A stretch of 64,000 nucleotides of DNA. Origin: Nitrospirales bacterium. Its GTDB lineage: Bacteria; Nitrospirota; Nitrospiria; Nitrospirales; UBA8639. The stretch covers positions 512,001 to 576,000 of the forward strand of contig CBDBCZ010000015.1 in assembly GCA_965203295.1 (NCBI GenBank), in the 5' to 3' direction. Numbering within the stretch: position 1 is the first letter of the stretch; each line of letters opens with the position of its first letter. Of this stretch, positions 35,020-48,294 are shown piece by piece. The position numbers were made by a program, and so were the translations under genes. The notes beneath the pieces were generated by a model that had not been told where the DNA came from, ran no database searches, and was given only the letters and a program-made list of their open reading frames with translations.

Positions 35020-37349
35020 CTATACATATGTATGCATATGAGGGGAATATACTACATATAAGTTAAACCACATACAGCTCCAAGGGCTGTATGGGAAGTG
35101 CAATATTCAATTAGAGCACGAGGGTGAAACCTGAAGACTCTAAGCACAAGTGGATTTTCCATACAGCCCGCCTGGAGCAGTGGTTTAACTTGTTTGCAGC
35201 ATGGATGGCCTTATTTGATTGAGGAATAAGAGTGCTCACTCGGCATCGGAAAACACTGTAAGTTACTCCACCTCTTTCTGTAGTTTGTAATACTGCCAGC
35301 CATTGTAGTTAAGCAAGAGCTAGTCTAAGATTGGTGTACTGTTGTAGCTACTAGCTGGCTTTTAGGTTGAATAGATTTGCTAGGAGTGCTGTCTGTGATA
35401 GTAGGAAAGATAAAAGCCTTTTACATTGCTTACTGTTTGATAGCCTGATAAGTAACTGTACAGTCTGCTGAATGAGGCAAATGTACTGGAAATAAAATTT
35501 TCCTGCTTCAACCGCCAAACCAAATTTGTTTCAATTGAAGTAATTCACTCTTACTCTTGCTCTCTTGACCATCTTGAGGAGGCTTAGAATTACAGTTTCT
35601 CACACTTACTGTACAAGGGTGCAGAAATACACTTACAAAAACTGGGCTTTCTGCCGTATGAAGAGGTCAGTAGCAGACATATTTGCAAACACTTGGTTCA
35701 TAACAATGAAAAAAGTGAGTATAACAGATATCTCACCAACTAAAGATTACTAAGCAAGCTAGTACATATAGTCTCTAAGCGGCTCTGGCTTGGTAAAAAA
35801 ATCCGAGATTATAATAATATGTGGGACTACATGACCTGTAGCTACGTACGTAGTAATTACTGCCTTTCATTAAGCAATACACGTATTACGTGCAGAAAGA
35901 ATCTTGGATACTGATGGCTTACAGTAAACTTGTACTTGCAACATTTCAATCACGCTTTGGTAATCTTTTTTAGGTATAAAATATAGAGCTGGCATCTTAA
36001 CTATTTATGTATATAAAAGTTTGCTATAAGCTGTCACTGGCTAATCTTCGTTCTGCATGTTTGTCTACTAACATTGCAACATGAGCACATGTACAATACA
36101 CAAAAACCTGTCATAGAATGCATTTTCCACGTTCAGAGCTGTCAGTTCTCGGGAATTAATGCGCAGGTAGATGATACCCACCAGAATGGCAAATATGATC
36201 ATCACCAGGATCTGTGCAGGTTGACAAAAGACAGCAGTTCAAGTATACATATACCGCTACCTATATAGCCTCGTACCCTACCCTGAATAGAAGCAAAAAG
36301 AGCTCCCTTCCCATTACCTGGAAGATGGAGGCTATGGGGACCCTCCACAAGTTCACCACTAACCGCACACTAACGATCAACAGCTGCATAAAAGAAACAG
36401 TAAGTTTTGTAGTGAAAAGAAAACTATTATTACTTGGTACACAACACTATATACACCCTAGGGAGATACCTACTCTAAATACAGCAGTGGCATACATATT
36501 GAACATTACAGGCTGAGAATAAACAAATCAAATCAAAACATGACGACAGTATAATATGCACATATCTGCTTGTTTCACCAATGGCTTCAGATCTCCTACA
36601 ACTTTTATTTTTTTGCTTTTCTCATTTAAAAATGTGGTTTTAGTCTATATCTCACTACATTTACAATTAGATGTGATGGAATGAGGAATAGAGTTCATTG
36701 TTCATTGGGCCATGCTTTAACATAGTGTCATGGTCAGAAGTGAAAAGTTAACATTGCTAATGCACATGATAGTCTGGACTACTGTATAGTGCCAACTTTC
36801 TGAGGCACATAATATTCGCGGAACCGTCTCGAAAATGAGGTTTGTGAAATTTTTTCCTCAGAAACGTTTTGCACATTGGAATTTCCCCACAGTTTTGTAT
36901 CAGTTGCTTAGAAGTGTTACGTAATAAAGAGCATATATCTTGAAAAGTACAGGTTTGATTTAATCCTTAATTGGGGTCCACTCTAAAAAGCAATACGGTT
37001 GGCTTTCATCGTGTTTAACAGGAAGGTGAGACACGTGGCGCATGCCTTAGCTGCAGCAAACTGGCAAAAAGAGATTTGTATACAAAAGATGATGCCAGAA
37101 CAGAAAACTGAGATAGGGAAACAAAGAGTTGTAGCTGCAACCATGCATGCTCTATCCACTACTATGAGCATGGGCACTACAATAAAATAATCCGTGGCCT
37201 GCCAAATTTATTTTACATGGCCAATCCGCAAAGAATTGTCCCCTTGAAAATATGGTGCTATAGCACCATATTTATACACTAATATCACCTCCAGGGGGTA
37301 GTGAGTTGAATTCGAGATGTTTTTTTTCCCATTCATTGTGCCACATTAA

Positions 37350-37875
37350 GAGTAAGCCACTGATGATCGGCCACCAGGCATATTCGGACACGCTAGCGCC
37401 AAGCGCGTAAATTACCGGAAGTGGGCGGGGGCTTTGATTGATAGTACAGACCCTTCGCACTTTGATTTGAAAATTTGGTGTTCCTCCGTTGCTTGGTTCT
37501 GGAGCTATAGCCTTCCAAAGTTAAAATTCGGACACAGCTATGATCGAACAAAAGTATGTATTGTCGGACTCCATTCCGTGTTTCCTCCCTGAAGCAACTT
37601 TCGGTGATCTTTCTCCATTGTTGGGAAGCCCCACTACCATGCTGCTGCACACCAACTTTTCACCATCGTAGCTGCTTTGAGTACAGAGGGGTGCCATTGA
37701 ATGTAGAGCCGTGTCACCCTCTCTATAATCGGACAGTGAATTTTGTCTTTTTCGATGTAAGGACACCAAAACACTCTCCAAACGCTAGGATTTGGATATC
37801 GTTGGAAAGTACAGACACATAGCAACGCAACGGTGCAAGCCCGATACTCATACATCCTATGGTTCTCGAGATAGA
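37350..37875 (+). mobile_element. Single arm of the foldback MITE family
   Basis: TTAA|GAGTAAGCCACTGATGATCGG terminus; similar to 15205-15690. Confidence 0.75.
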
Positions 37876-38149
37876 GAGAGAAAGAACTATTTGTCTCGAT
37901 TTCTTCTAATAATTTTAATGCTGAAGCTTTTAGTGTACGAAATCAGTAAGTATGCAGATTATATGCAATTCTTATAATCACCTCTATAACAAGTGACAGG
38001 GACATTATAATTATGCTTTATGCTATGTGATTTGTATCATGGCATTATTACCAACCAATCCATACCTTGAAGCATGCAATAATTGCTCTATCCATAATTG
38101 TTCCTAGTAGCTCATATGCATCCCATGCAAGGATACAGGCGTGGAAACG

Positions 38150-38440
38150 TATAGGTTATACCACGAGGTGGAGGTGTATAAGCGATTTATTTACCGAGGG
38201 CCAAAGGCCCGAGGGGAATAAATCACTTATACACCGACCACGAGTTGTATAACTGGCTTCTACCGCGCTATATCCGGCGGTTATATTTACGCGTGTTTAT
38301 ATGGCAACGCGTGGCTGAAGGGTATTAAAACAAGGTGAATAAGTGAGTAAGTTAGACACCTATTACGCGGTAAATAAGTGATTTTGAAACCTCTAATCTA
38401 GCTACCTGATTGGTCAGAGTACTACAAGCGTGGTAGAAAT
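38150..38440 (+). mobile_element. Non-autonomous Crypton-like element
   Basis: Hairpin around CCGAGGGCCAAAGGCCCGAGG; terminus shared with the recombinase remnant at 20970-21046. Confidence 0.6.
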
Positions 38441-39996
38441 ATCATTATACACTAGCGGGTTCAGCAGTTGGCAACAGCAACCAAAAACTACAAATCAATA
38501 AGTGACCACTTCCTTAACAAATACAGATTTTATCGAGCTTACCTTTAATCACTTGGCCACTCATTGGCGACTTATAGGCTAGTTAACTTTATTCTGTGAC
38601 TGATGTACATAGTGAAAACTACATTTGTACTGTACTACACTTGTGCAAATGTAGTATAGTAGTTGCACTGTATATTATAGCTACTAGTCGCCGAGTGAAG
38701 TTCACTGCAATAATAAGTGCAGTTAAGCTTTACCTTAACTGGTATACATGGTGCAACTACTGTCCTTTATATCTTTACCGTTAAAGGACATGTACATCCT
38801 ATTGTATGGAAGGATACTTTCCATTCTAATCTCAACATGTATTGTTGGTAACGCTGTTCACTAATTAATTGAGAGGGCAAATAATCTAAACTAAAAGCAC
38901 TACCAGTTAGTACAATGACATGCACGACAGTAATTTACATAACAAAAGCTGTCCAGTTGGTGGATTATGATACATATTTCATGAAATTGAATATAATCTG
39001 CAAAAGTGTGCAAGTATGAATAATCACACTTGGGCTATGGGAGTAATGCAATTAGTCATAACTAAATGGTGGAGACTTTTACAAGTGATGTTACCAGCAT
39101 GCACTTACACACTTCCCTCTTTGTGATTGTACCACAACACTGTATCTGGCTGTTGGGGCTACTCCAAGTCTCCAGCTGGTAGGTCCAATAGTGTTCATCA
39201 AACACCACTGTGGGAAAAATTCATTAACACTCACTGTGTCCATATTTAGGACTTTCTTGTTTAATTAAAAAGACAGAACGTGTCTTATATGCAGGCAGAC
39301 ATAGTTACGTATCTAAGAATTACAAATATAACTTAAGGCATCTGTGTGCTGGACAAATTTAAAGTGTTGTCACTGTGTAGAGTTACAAACATTCTCCTAC
39401 ACAAACCTGAACTCAAAGCAGCTCCAGAAGTCTGAAATAGCTCTCCAGTGGACTCTAGTACAACATGAATGCGGCTAACCACTAGCTTGAGTTTGAATTG
39501 AGCTAAAAGCTAAACTGGAGGGCTTTCTATAGACACTGGAGGAATGAACTCTTAATTAGGCAATGATAACTTGTTGTCCACATGCTGCTTTATTTTATGA
39601 CATAAAATAGGACAAAATAGCTATCGTTATCCTAGGCTTTACCCAGGACAACTTTTCCTGCATGGGTGAACTACTCATACAATCCTGCATTTTGAAATGG
39701 TTTTCTAGAACATGTACTTAAGTGAAAGAAGTTACACAGAGAGTAAGTGGATGAATGCGTACAGTTGACCATGCCAATTACAAACGGCACCTCTTTCTAT
39801 TTAATCAGCCTTATAAATAATACAAATATGCAAATAAGACACCAAAAATAGGAGCACCTCTCAGTGAATTGACGATACCAAAGTGCGCATATGCGTTTTC
39901 TACGTACGCTTCTATATAGAATCGTTAATATACGTAAGCGCTCGAGCGCGCGGAGCATGCAATCGTGATTGATTACGTAATCTGAGCCACCGATAA

Positions 39997-42404
39997 CAGT
40001 CGTCAGGCCACTTGTCAGATTACGGAGAATTTAATGAAAACGGAAAATGGTTACGTGAGGCGTGGTAGTACTGTGTAATCAACTTCCTCTGACATCCGGT
40101 TAGTTTGGCAAGGCTAGCTTCGCGAGGCAGGCAGCTAGAATCGCCGGACTTGCGAGCGATCTTGTAGGAACAGGAGTATAGCTTCGACCCTGCAAGCGCC
40201 ATCTTCCAACTCCTTACCGTTTGTCGGAGAGCGTCGGGTAAGTCCATGTGGGTCGGGCGGGGCGTCTCCAGACAGGGTCACGAACTTTTGTGGCACGTTA
40301 TTTTTCCCCCCACCGGACGATTACGATCTATATATCGTTCGAAAGCCCGTGAAATTCTCTACAAAATATGTGCAAATCGCGGTGGTATGTTGTCTAGTTT
40401 TTGCAAAATTCAGCTTGCAATACAGAGCAAAAAAAGCACTCCACGTGGTAGCTCAAATATGAGTTGTGAAGGCAATTCTCTATCTTCAAAGTGCACAGAA
40501 CGCTGTTTCTTGTACAAGGAGAAGCTTATTCACCGCCATAGCCATACTGAGAGCTGGAAGAGTTAGTTGCAGCAGTTCCTCCTCCAGTATTCCAGCATTC
40601 CTCCTGGTACCAATGCCTGTGTTTGCAGAGCATGTGAGTTAAGCCTAAAGAATGGCCAGAAGGGAAAGTACATGGGAACATACATTCCCAGATGGGTTAA
40701 AATGAACAAGGCAAAGAATAAGGCTACCTGTTGCATACCTGGGTGCACTTCTGTGTCCACCAGTACTTGTAGCTTTGCATCACTATAGATGCAATTCATA
40801 GATAGGATAGAGTTTGAGGATGAGCTCCCACCATCAGTGGACACTCTGTGGCGTCACTGGCAGCGAACATGCTGGGTATCCTCTGTATGGAGCCAGGCTA
40901 CATGTAATGCACTATCCCCACCTAACATCACCCAATTTGGATGGATGGTGGAGGATGGGAGAATACAATGTGACTGGGATTCTTCTGAGAACATTCAGAG
41001 AGTCAGAAATCTGGTTGGCCTATTCATCAGAGGATGTAAGTGCACCAAGGGCTGTACAACCAAACTGTGCGGGTGTGTTAAGAAGGGAGTAGCTACAGTG
41101 TGGCCCAAGTTGCAACTATAAAAGTTGCCAAAATTTGCCCTCTGGTACTGACCCCTGTACTCAGAAATTCAGAATGAAGTAATGCAGGTAGAGGAGGAGG
41201 AACTGCTGTGTAATGGCCAGCGCAGGCTTAGGTGCGGGGAAGAGCTCACTGACGATGAAGATGGAGATGTACCAGACGAGATGTCCTCAGACGAGAAAGA
41301 TGATTAGTGTGAACATGAGCAGGAGCTCATGGAGTGGGAGGCAGATGTTGACGAGTTGACCGACTCACACTTATTTCTGTCTGTGCACTGAACAGATTTG
41401 TCTTTTAAGTACTTCACACACACCTACATTCTGCACACACGTCATGCCATGCCAACTTTAGCCCTGCACATGCACACACCTACACAATGCACACACACAC
41501 ATACCATGCCTGGACCATTACTCACAAGTTGGCGAGTTGACTGACTCACACTGATTTCTGTTTGTGCACTGAACAGATTTGTCTTTTGAGTACTTTGCAC
41601 ACACCTACATTCTGCACACACGTCATGCCACGCCAATTTTAGCCCTACACATGCACACATCTACACAATGCACACACACATACCATGCCTGGACCATTAC
41701 GCACCTAGCTCACCTGCACGTGGTGTGGCCTGCACTAGCTGGAATAGGTCCATTCTCGTAGCATGTGTATGCTATAACTCCAGGCTAGACCAAGAAGGTG
41801 CACTGTATGCTTGTTTTTTTTTTATTGTTGCAAACCACATCCATCATAGAGAGATCTAACTTACCATGGTTCTTAGCACTGCTGTAACGAGGGAATCCGA
41901 GTTTCTCCACCGATTTATGCGCTCAGAACGGTATCCGTTTGATATTTCCATTGCGCGTAATCATCAATTTTTTGTCCGTCTAATAGGCGCAGTTTTGCAA
42001 AAACTGGACGACATACCACCGCGATTTGCACATATTTTGTAGAGAATTTCACGGGCTTTCGAACGATATATAGATCGTAATCGTCCGGTGGGGGGAAAAA
42101 AAACGTGCCACAAAAGTTCGTGACCCTGTCTGGAGACGCCCCGCCTGACCCGCATGGACTTACCCGACGCTCTCCGACAAACGGTAAGGAGTTGGAAGAT
42201 GGCGCTTGCAGGGTCGAAGCTATACTCCTGTTCCTACAAGATCGCTCGCAAGTCCGGCGATTCTAGCTGCCTGCCTCGCGAAGCTAGCCTTGCCAAACTA
42301 ACCGGGTGTCAAAGGAAGTTGATTGCACTGGTACTACCACGCCTTACGTGAACATTTCCGGTTGTATTAAATTCTCCGTAATCTGACAAGTGGCCTGACG
42401 ACTG
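39997..42404 (+). mobile_element. Academ(X)-like DNA transposon deletion derivative with ~410-bp TIRs
   Basis: 39997-~40408 is a near-identical reverse complement of ~41992-42404 (CAGTCGTCAGGCC termini); internal LPPSVDTLWRHWQR..GW..GCKCTKGCTTKLCGC Cys-rich tail; TSD not evident. Confidence 0.8.
41353..41700 (+). repeat. Tandem duplication, ~181-bp period, 2 copies
   Basis: GAGTTGAC(C/T)GACTCACAC..CCTGGACCATTAC at 41353 and 41534. Confidence 0.9.
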
Positions 42405-42479
42405 AGGGGGGGAACGTAAACATGTACATGTAGGTCATAACATAAGAGCAGTGCTCTGTATACAACAGTGCACGAAGTG

Positions 42480-43075
42480 TATATGTTCCGCGCGAACCAG
42501 GAATTTGCGCAATCCTAGAATTGCGCAATGCAAACTAGGAATCCATACTTTGGCCAATCCCAGGATTGCGCAGCCAATTCCTCTTTTGCGCACACGTGAT
42601 ATTGACACTTCTATAGCTAGCTATAAAAATGCCACGCTCGATTAGTAATGCAGCGTCTTTGCGGCTTGCAAGCCATCAGTTTCATTCATCAGTCTTTATT
42701 GTTAGTCTACTGTAGATTGCCAGAATCATTTGACAGTGTAATAGTTGTGGCAAATGGTTTCATTTAATGTGTTGGTTTTAATACATCATGTTGGCGATTG
42801 GTTTTGTAACCAATGTCAGTACTTTAATGTTTTTACAGCACTTGTCAGTTACCCTTTGTTCATCCCTTTGCTGTTTGTACTTTGATTCCCATGCACTTCA
42901 TATAAAAATGCTAACTTTGTACGAACGAATTTGCGCAATGCAGGGTTTGCTCAACTTATTCCAACTTTGCACGAAAAACTGCGCAATCCTTGGATTGCGC
43001 GCCAAAGTACGGATTCCTACTTCGCACAGCGCAATCCTAAGATTGTGCGACTTCCTGGTTTGCGCGGAACATATA
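42480..43075. mobile_element. MITE with TIR TATATGTTCCGCGC
   Basis: ~45-bp imperfect TIR; internal GCGCAATCC/GGATTGCGC subrepeats. Confidence 0.8.
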
Positions 43076-43789
43076 CATCAGATTCAATGTAACGATTAAT
43101 TTAAGTTGTGTTACCGGGGTACCGGGCTAGTGTACTAGAATTTTTTGATGTTTAAATTATGTCAGGTATTACTTTATGCACATTCATCCATGAACCAGAG
43201 GTGAGTTGATGTGAAGGTATTGGGCCTGTGATCACGAGTGGATTCTATTATTATACTTAATTATTGGCTATGATCACTATTACTAGTGTGTCATTCCAAG
43301 TCGAATGGTATACAGCCATGGATTATTATGAAGGCAGAATAGCATCACCAATCAGAATTTACACACAGTGATACTAAAGATATGCATACGCAGTATAAGC
43401 CTCACGCACGAGCATTCAGTAGGTGTGGTTTGGTAGCGCGTGTTTATAATGTGTGAGAATTTGACAGAGGGAAAGGAGGGGCAGCTAAGCGTGCAAGAGA
43501 ATTCGACGAGTTTATCCTTCTCCAAAGGCGAAAATTAACGCGGTGGTGACTTCTGTTTCTCTAGCAAAAAAGAGCAACTGTTGTTAGCTAAAAAGCGTAC
43601 GCATAGTCTCGCGGGGCCAGAGTCTAGACGGGAAGGTTAGAGTCTGGTCAACTGCCCATATACGACTCGTTGTAGCACCCACCAGACTTCAGTGGGTGAC
43701 AATTAGGTGTTGTACCGCAACGTTTACATTATGTAAGCGTTAATCGCTACGTGCGAAAAGTTAACGAGTTGAGGTGAGTGCTGTGATTG

Positions 43790-44950
43790 TCCAGCATCAA
43801 TCGACCACCACTGTCCGTGATGAGTTGTTAAAAAAGCACCCACCGGGCCAGCCAGCCCACCCAGATTCCCTTATTCCCTCAACCACTCCTAGACCAGTGA
43901 CTCACCCAGTTGTTTTCGACTGCCTAGATGGTGTCAGTATCCGTACCGCTGCTCTCCATACCAACGGCTCAGCTGGTCCCTCAGGAGTCGACTCACCTGG
44001 CTGGAGACGCCTATGCACCTCTTTTCAAAATGCATCTGCAGACCTATGTAACAGCCTGGCCTCAGTTGCAATTAATTTTAAAGAAGTTGTGTACTACATA
44101 CGTTGACCCTCGAGGTGTAGCCCCACTTACTGCCAGCCGCTTGATTGCCTTGGACAAGTGTCCAGGTGTACGACCAATTGGGGTGGGAGAGACCTCACGA
44201 AGGATCATCGGCAAGGCCATCCTTGCAGTTATCAAGCACGACATCCTTGAAACTGCAGGTGCTCTCCAACTTTGTGCTGGTCAGGAGGCCAGTAGTGAAG
44301 CTGCCATTCATGCCATGCGTAGTGTCTTCCATGACGACCAATCAGAAGCTGTACTACTCGTTGATGCAACCAATGCATTCAACAGCTTGAACCGCCAGGC
44401 TGCTCTACGGAACATCCACTACCTTTGCCCACCACTCGCTACTGTCCTAACAAACACATACAGGGAGGACATAGAGCTGTTCATTGATGGTGAAACGCTC
44501 CTCTCCTGTGAGGGGACAACACAGGGCGATCCTCTTGCCATGGCCATGTATGCTATTGGCATCCTTCCCCTCATCAACCAGCTCAAGTCCATTGACGCAA
44601 AGCAAGTGTGGTTTGCTGATGACGCGACAGCTGGCGGCCACATACAACAGATCCATGAGTGGTGGATAAAGCTAAACAACCTTGGCCCCGCCTTTGGATA
44701 CTTTGAAAATCCGAGCAAAACCTGGCTCATTGTGAAGGAGGAACATCTGTCCATGGCAACAGAGAGATTTGCGAATTCTGGAGTGAACATCACGACCGAT
44801 GGAAAGAGACATCTTGGAGCTGCCCTTGGTTCGAGGTCCTTTGTTGTGAGCTATATGCAGGACAAGGTCAGGGAATGGACATCTTCAATCCAGAAGCTTG
44901 CAGCTATTGCCAAGACCCAACCGCATGCTGCATACTCCGCATTCATGTAA
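43790..44950 (+). mobile_element. CRE-clade-like non-LTR reverse transcriptase, truncated at both ends, one frameshift near 44070
   Basis: GSAGPSGVD..WRRLCTSF; SRLIALDKCPGVRPIGVGE; DATNAFNSLNR; GTTQGDPLAMAMYA; WFADD; RHLGAALG. Confidence 0.9.
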
Positions 44951-47286
44951 TACATGGGCTCTGTGCATTATCAGATAACTGATGGTGGTGAACAAAGTAG
45001 CTTCTACCTGCCAACACCAAGAGCAGCTTTCCAAAGCATATTGCCCAAGTTGTTGACAGATAATAGCTCCTTGATTGACATATTCACCCTCTTGTCCATG
45101 TCGCCATGAATCTATATCTGTAAGGACACAATGCATAAAGTTTATATAGGGAGTGTCATCACGTGCCTTGTGCAGTTGTATACACCCAAACTAAAGAAGA
45201 AAAAAAATCAGTTTGCCATACTTTGGCACACCATAGTTCACTAGTAAGCCTTACGGAATAGGAATATATAGAATGGAGTAGAACAGAAGACAGGAGAGGT
45301 CCCAAAATGGAAATTGAGTACACTAAGTGGTTTAAGTGGGTTTCAAGAGCATTCAAGCAGGTTCAGTGGCTATTGCAGATCTATACCAAATGATTCTCAA
45401 GGTGTAAAGTAGTTTTATGACCACATGTGGGAGTATATGGAAACTGCAGGAGCATAACACCTCATCAAGATTCTACATGATATATATGGTTCAAGTTGGA
45501 AGTGGGCTGGTTCAAGCAGGTTCTGAGGAGATGAAGTACCCTGTGAGCATCAAAACTTCTTGAACGCTGCTCAGACTAATATATATACCCAGTTCAACTC
45601 ACAACTGGCCCTAACCCATGTACTTGATGATCCACAGGACAGTCTCAAGGTGGTTCACACCCTTAAACATTTATATGAGCATGAGCATTTATCTGACAGT
45701 CATGTAATAGTCTAGCTGGCTAATCCCAACTTGTAACCACCTAGGATCGCTCTATGGAATGCAATTACACAGCAATCTCCTTCATACATGACGTACCTGG
45801 CTGTAGTACACCAGTCAACAAAACACAGGCGACTGTGCAGCCAATAAAGCGCACTGGAGGTGTGTAGACCCTCATCTCCCGTCGAGATACTGCAAGCGAT
45901 CCTATAAAGTAGTGGTAGGTGGGGATAGCTAGCCTCGTTCCCAGGACTCCACACAGCTTTTGTAGCTTGCTTTTTTCGGGGAGAGCCTGGGAACGAGGCT
46001 AGGGGATAGCTAGGATGTCAATTTCTTAAACCTTTCATACCATCGGTGTTTCTGAATTTAGATAGCTACACAAAAAGTATAAAACAGTAAGGGTTCATTT
46101 GGGGAAGGTGCATGTGAAACATTCCCGCTCTCCCACGCCGCTAGAATAACTTTAATATAGGATCGCTTGCAGTATCTTGACGGGAGATGTGGGTCTAGGT
46201 ATTCCTACACACCTCCAGTGCACTTTATCGGCTGCACAGTCGCCTGTGTTTTGTTGACTGGTGTACCACAGCCAGGTACGTCATGTATGAACTAGAGCCA
46301 GGAGATTGCTGTGTAATTGTATTCCATAGAGCGATCCTAGGTGGGTACAAGTTGGGATAAGCCAGCTAGACTATTACATGACTCAGATAAATGCTCATGC
46401 TCATATAAATGTTTAGGGATGTGAACTACCTTGCGACTATCCTGTGGATCAGTATAATATGAGTTAGGGCAAGTTGTGAGGAGTTAAACTGTGGGTATAT
46501 ATCAGTCTGAACAGCGTTCAACCGAGGGTACTTTGTCTCCCCTCAGACCCTGCTTAAACCAGCCCACTCCCAACTTGAACCATACGATAATCCACACCTA
46601 AAGGAGAGTTCATTAATATATAAACCATGGCCAGGAGGTGTACATGTATATCAGTGATATACCACCTGCCGTGGAGGTGATTGGGAATATACCATGAGGG
46701 TCGCAGGCTTAAGGTATAACCCTCTGAACACCAGGAAGTAGTATAGCAATAATATTCACCGATTGGACATGGTTCATATCATGTAGAATCTTGACGAGGT
46801 ATAATCCTCTTGCAGTTTCCATAGCAACATGGTTTACTCCCGCATACGATCACAAACTACTTTATACCTTGAGCATCAGTTGGTGGATCTGCAATAGCCA
46901 CTGAACCCACTTTCACCGCTTATTGTACTCAAATTCTATTACAGGACATCTCCAGTCTTCTGTTCTACTCCATTCTATGTATTCCTATTCCATAAGGCTT
47001 ATTATGGTGTACCAAAGTATTGCAAACTGATTTTTTTCTGTAGTTTGGGTATATACAATTGCACGAGACACGTGATGACACTCCATATATTATAAACTTT
47101 CTGCATTGTGTCCTTACAGATATAGATTCATGGCGACATGGACAAGAGGGTGAATATGTCAATCAAGGAGCTATTATCTGTCAACAACTTGGGCAATATG
47201 CTTTGGAAAGCTGGTCTTGGTGTTGGCAGGTAGAAGCTACTTTGTTCACAGCCATCAGTGATCTGAACATGCACAAAGCCCACGTA
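44951..47286. repeat. Large inverted duplication (arms 44951-45906 and 46156-47286)
   Basis: Colinear reverse-complement similarity along ~950 bp; near-identical peptides in ORFs 44885(-) and 47059(+); right arm carries a ~190-bp insertion near 46585-46775. Confidence 0.92.
45908..46151 (+). mobile_element. ~245-bp AGT..ACT MITE containing a TAG-MITE (45930-46001, TSD GGGGATAGC); near-identical copy at 59250-59493
   Basis: Direct comparison of the two copies; ACT|TTAA right flank. Confidence 0.8.
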
Positions 47287-47349
47287 TGTGCACCATTTAA
47301 TGCAAGCTGTGATGTGCCACTATTTTTGGCTATGATGAAATGCTAGTCT

Positions 47350-47700
47350 CCAGAACTACAGATTTGATTCGTCGATGTCCAGCACCAAAGTGGGGGAAAT
47401 GACTGTAGGTTGTTTGCTGCTGCATTTGCAGAGGCTCTGTGCAGAGGGGAAGACTCACATCTGATGAGTTTTAGCCAGCAGCACATGCGAGAGTACCCTT
47501 GGAGTTTTTTACAAAAGAGGTATTTCCTTCAGCAGACAAGCCACATCAGCTGAATCGGTCATGAGCGAAGTCAACCTCAGCATTGCAGGTGTATTGTATA
47601 TGCCGAATGCCATTGAACAAGCAGATGGCTAGTCTTGACATCCTCACTCAGTCTACACTGAAGCCACAGTGGTATGGTCTTGTGGTGCGTGTGTTAACAA
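47350..47700 (+). pseudogene. Ulp1/C48-like cysteine protease catalytic end plus PHD start, degenerate
   Basis: FVDVQHQSGGNDCRLFAAAFAEALCRGED..FSQQHMR; VYCICRMP. Confidence 0.65.
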
Positions 47701-48018
47701 TGTGTAGTTATTTTTCTGCCTCTGTTTCCGACATGACAGTTCTCCAGTGCAAAATAATATTATTAGTTACCGGTTAGGTAATTATAATGTAGCATGCAGT
47801 CTCCAATCACTGGACTGGTACAGCTTGAGTCTTGTAAGTAACTACTCAAATACTCACAGTTGTATTCTGCCAAAGGTCACATAAAAGCGTTTTGAATACT
47901 CCGGTCATGCCAGACAGGTTTGGTCCGCACTGGTCCGTGTTTTAGTGAACTTGGTCCGTAGTTGGTCCATAAGTTGGTCCATTGGTCCGGACCTGTCTGT
48001 ATATTAGTCTGGTATCCG

Positions 48019-48273
48019 CTATCCAGAGTCACAATTGAGCAGCTGCTCGGATGGAGTTAGTTGTATATAGATAGCTTCCTTCACCAAGAGCTCCTTCCTT
48101 GAAGTGGTATCTAAGATCTTGACTCATTCCCAGTCTGGACTGGCTCCAGCTTCCCAGGCGTGATCAGCTACAGCACATTTCTCAGTGTTACAAAGGCGGC
48201 ACTCCTCTTGATGCTCCCTAATGCGAGTACCGAGGGCTCTCTGAGTCTCTCCGACATACACTTTTTCACACGT
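48019..48273 (-). mobile_element. Penelope-like element GIY-YIG endonuclease 3' fragment
   Basis: CEKVYVGETQRALGTRIREHQEEC..KCAVADHAW..DWE*VKILD..LLVKEAIYI..LNCDSG. Confidence 0.88.
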
Positions 48274-48294
48274 GCGTTTTTAGTGTGTCAATGG

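Larger units (their letters stand above)
31605..36383 (-). pseudogene. ABCG2/white-like half-transporter, transmembrane-domain exons only, probably pseudogenised
   Basis: Exons: 36383-36318 (LLIVSVRLVVNLWRVPIASIFQ), 36211-36108 (ILVMIIFAILVGIIYL..DR), ~35741-35637 (FFIVMNQVFANMSATDLFIRQKAQF; no phase-compatible acceptor), 35019-34895 (HENANGFYRVSAFFLAKVFSD), 33315-33161, 32422-32333 (WLRWLKYASLFHYGIE), 32244-32143 (ALAINE..; ends in TGA), 31674-31605 (CLNGTHFLETKGWLWYDQ). No ATPase exons were recognised upstream in the window. Confidence 0.8.

Noticed and set aside
43928..44950. Intact RT gene, retron or group II intron
   Set aside because: The ORF start is out of frame with the upstream RT motifs, both ends are truncated, and the motifs are CRE-type non-LTR
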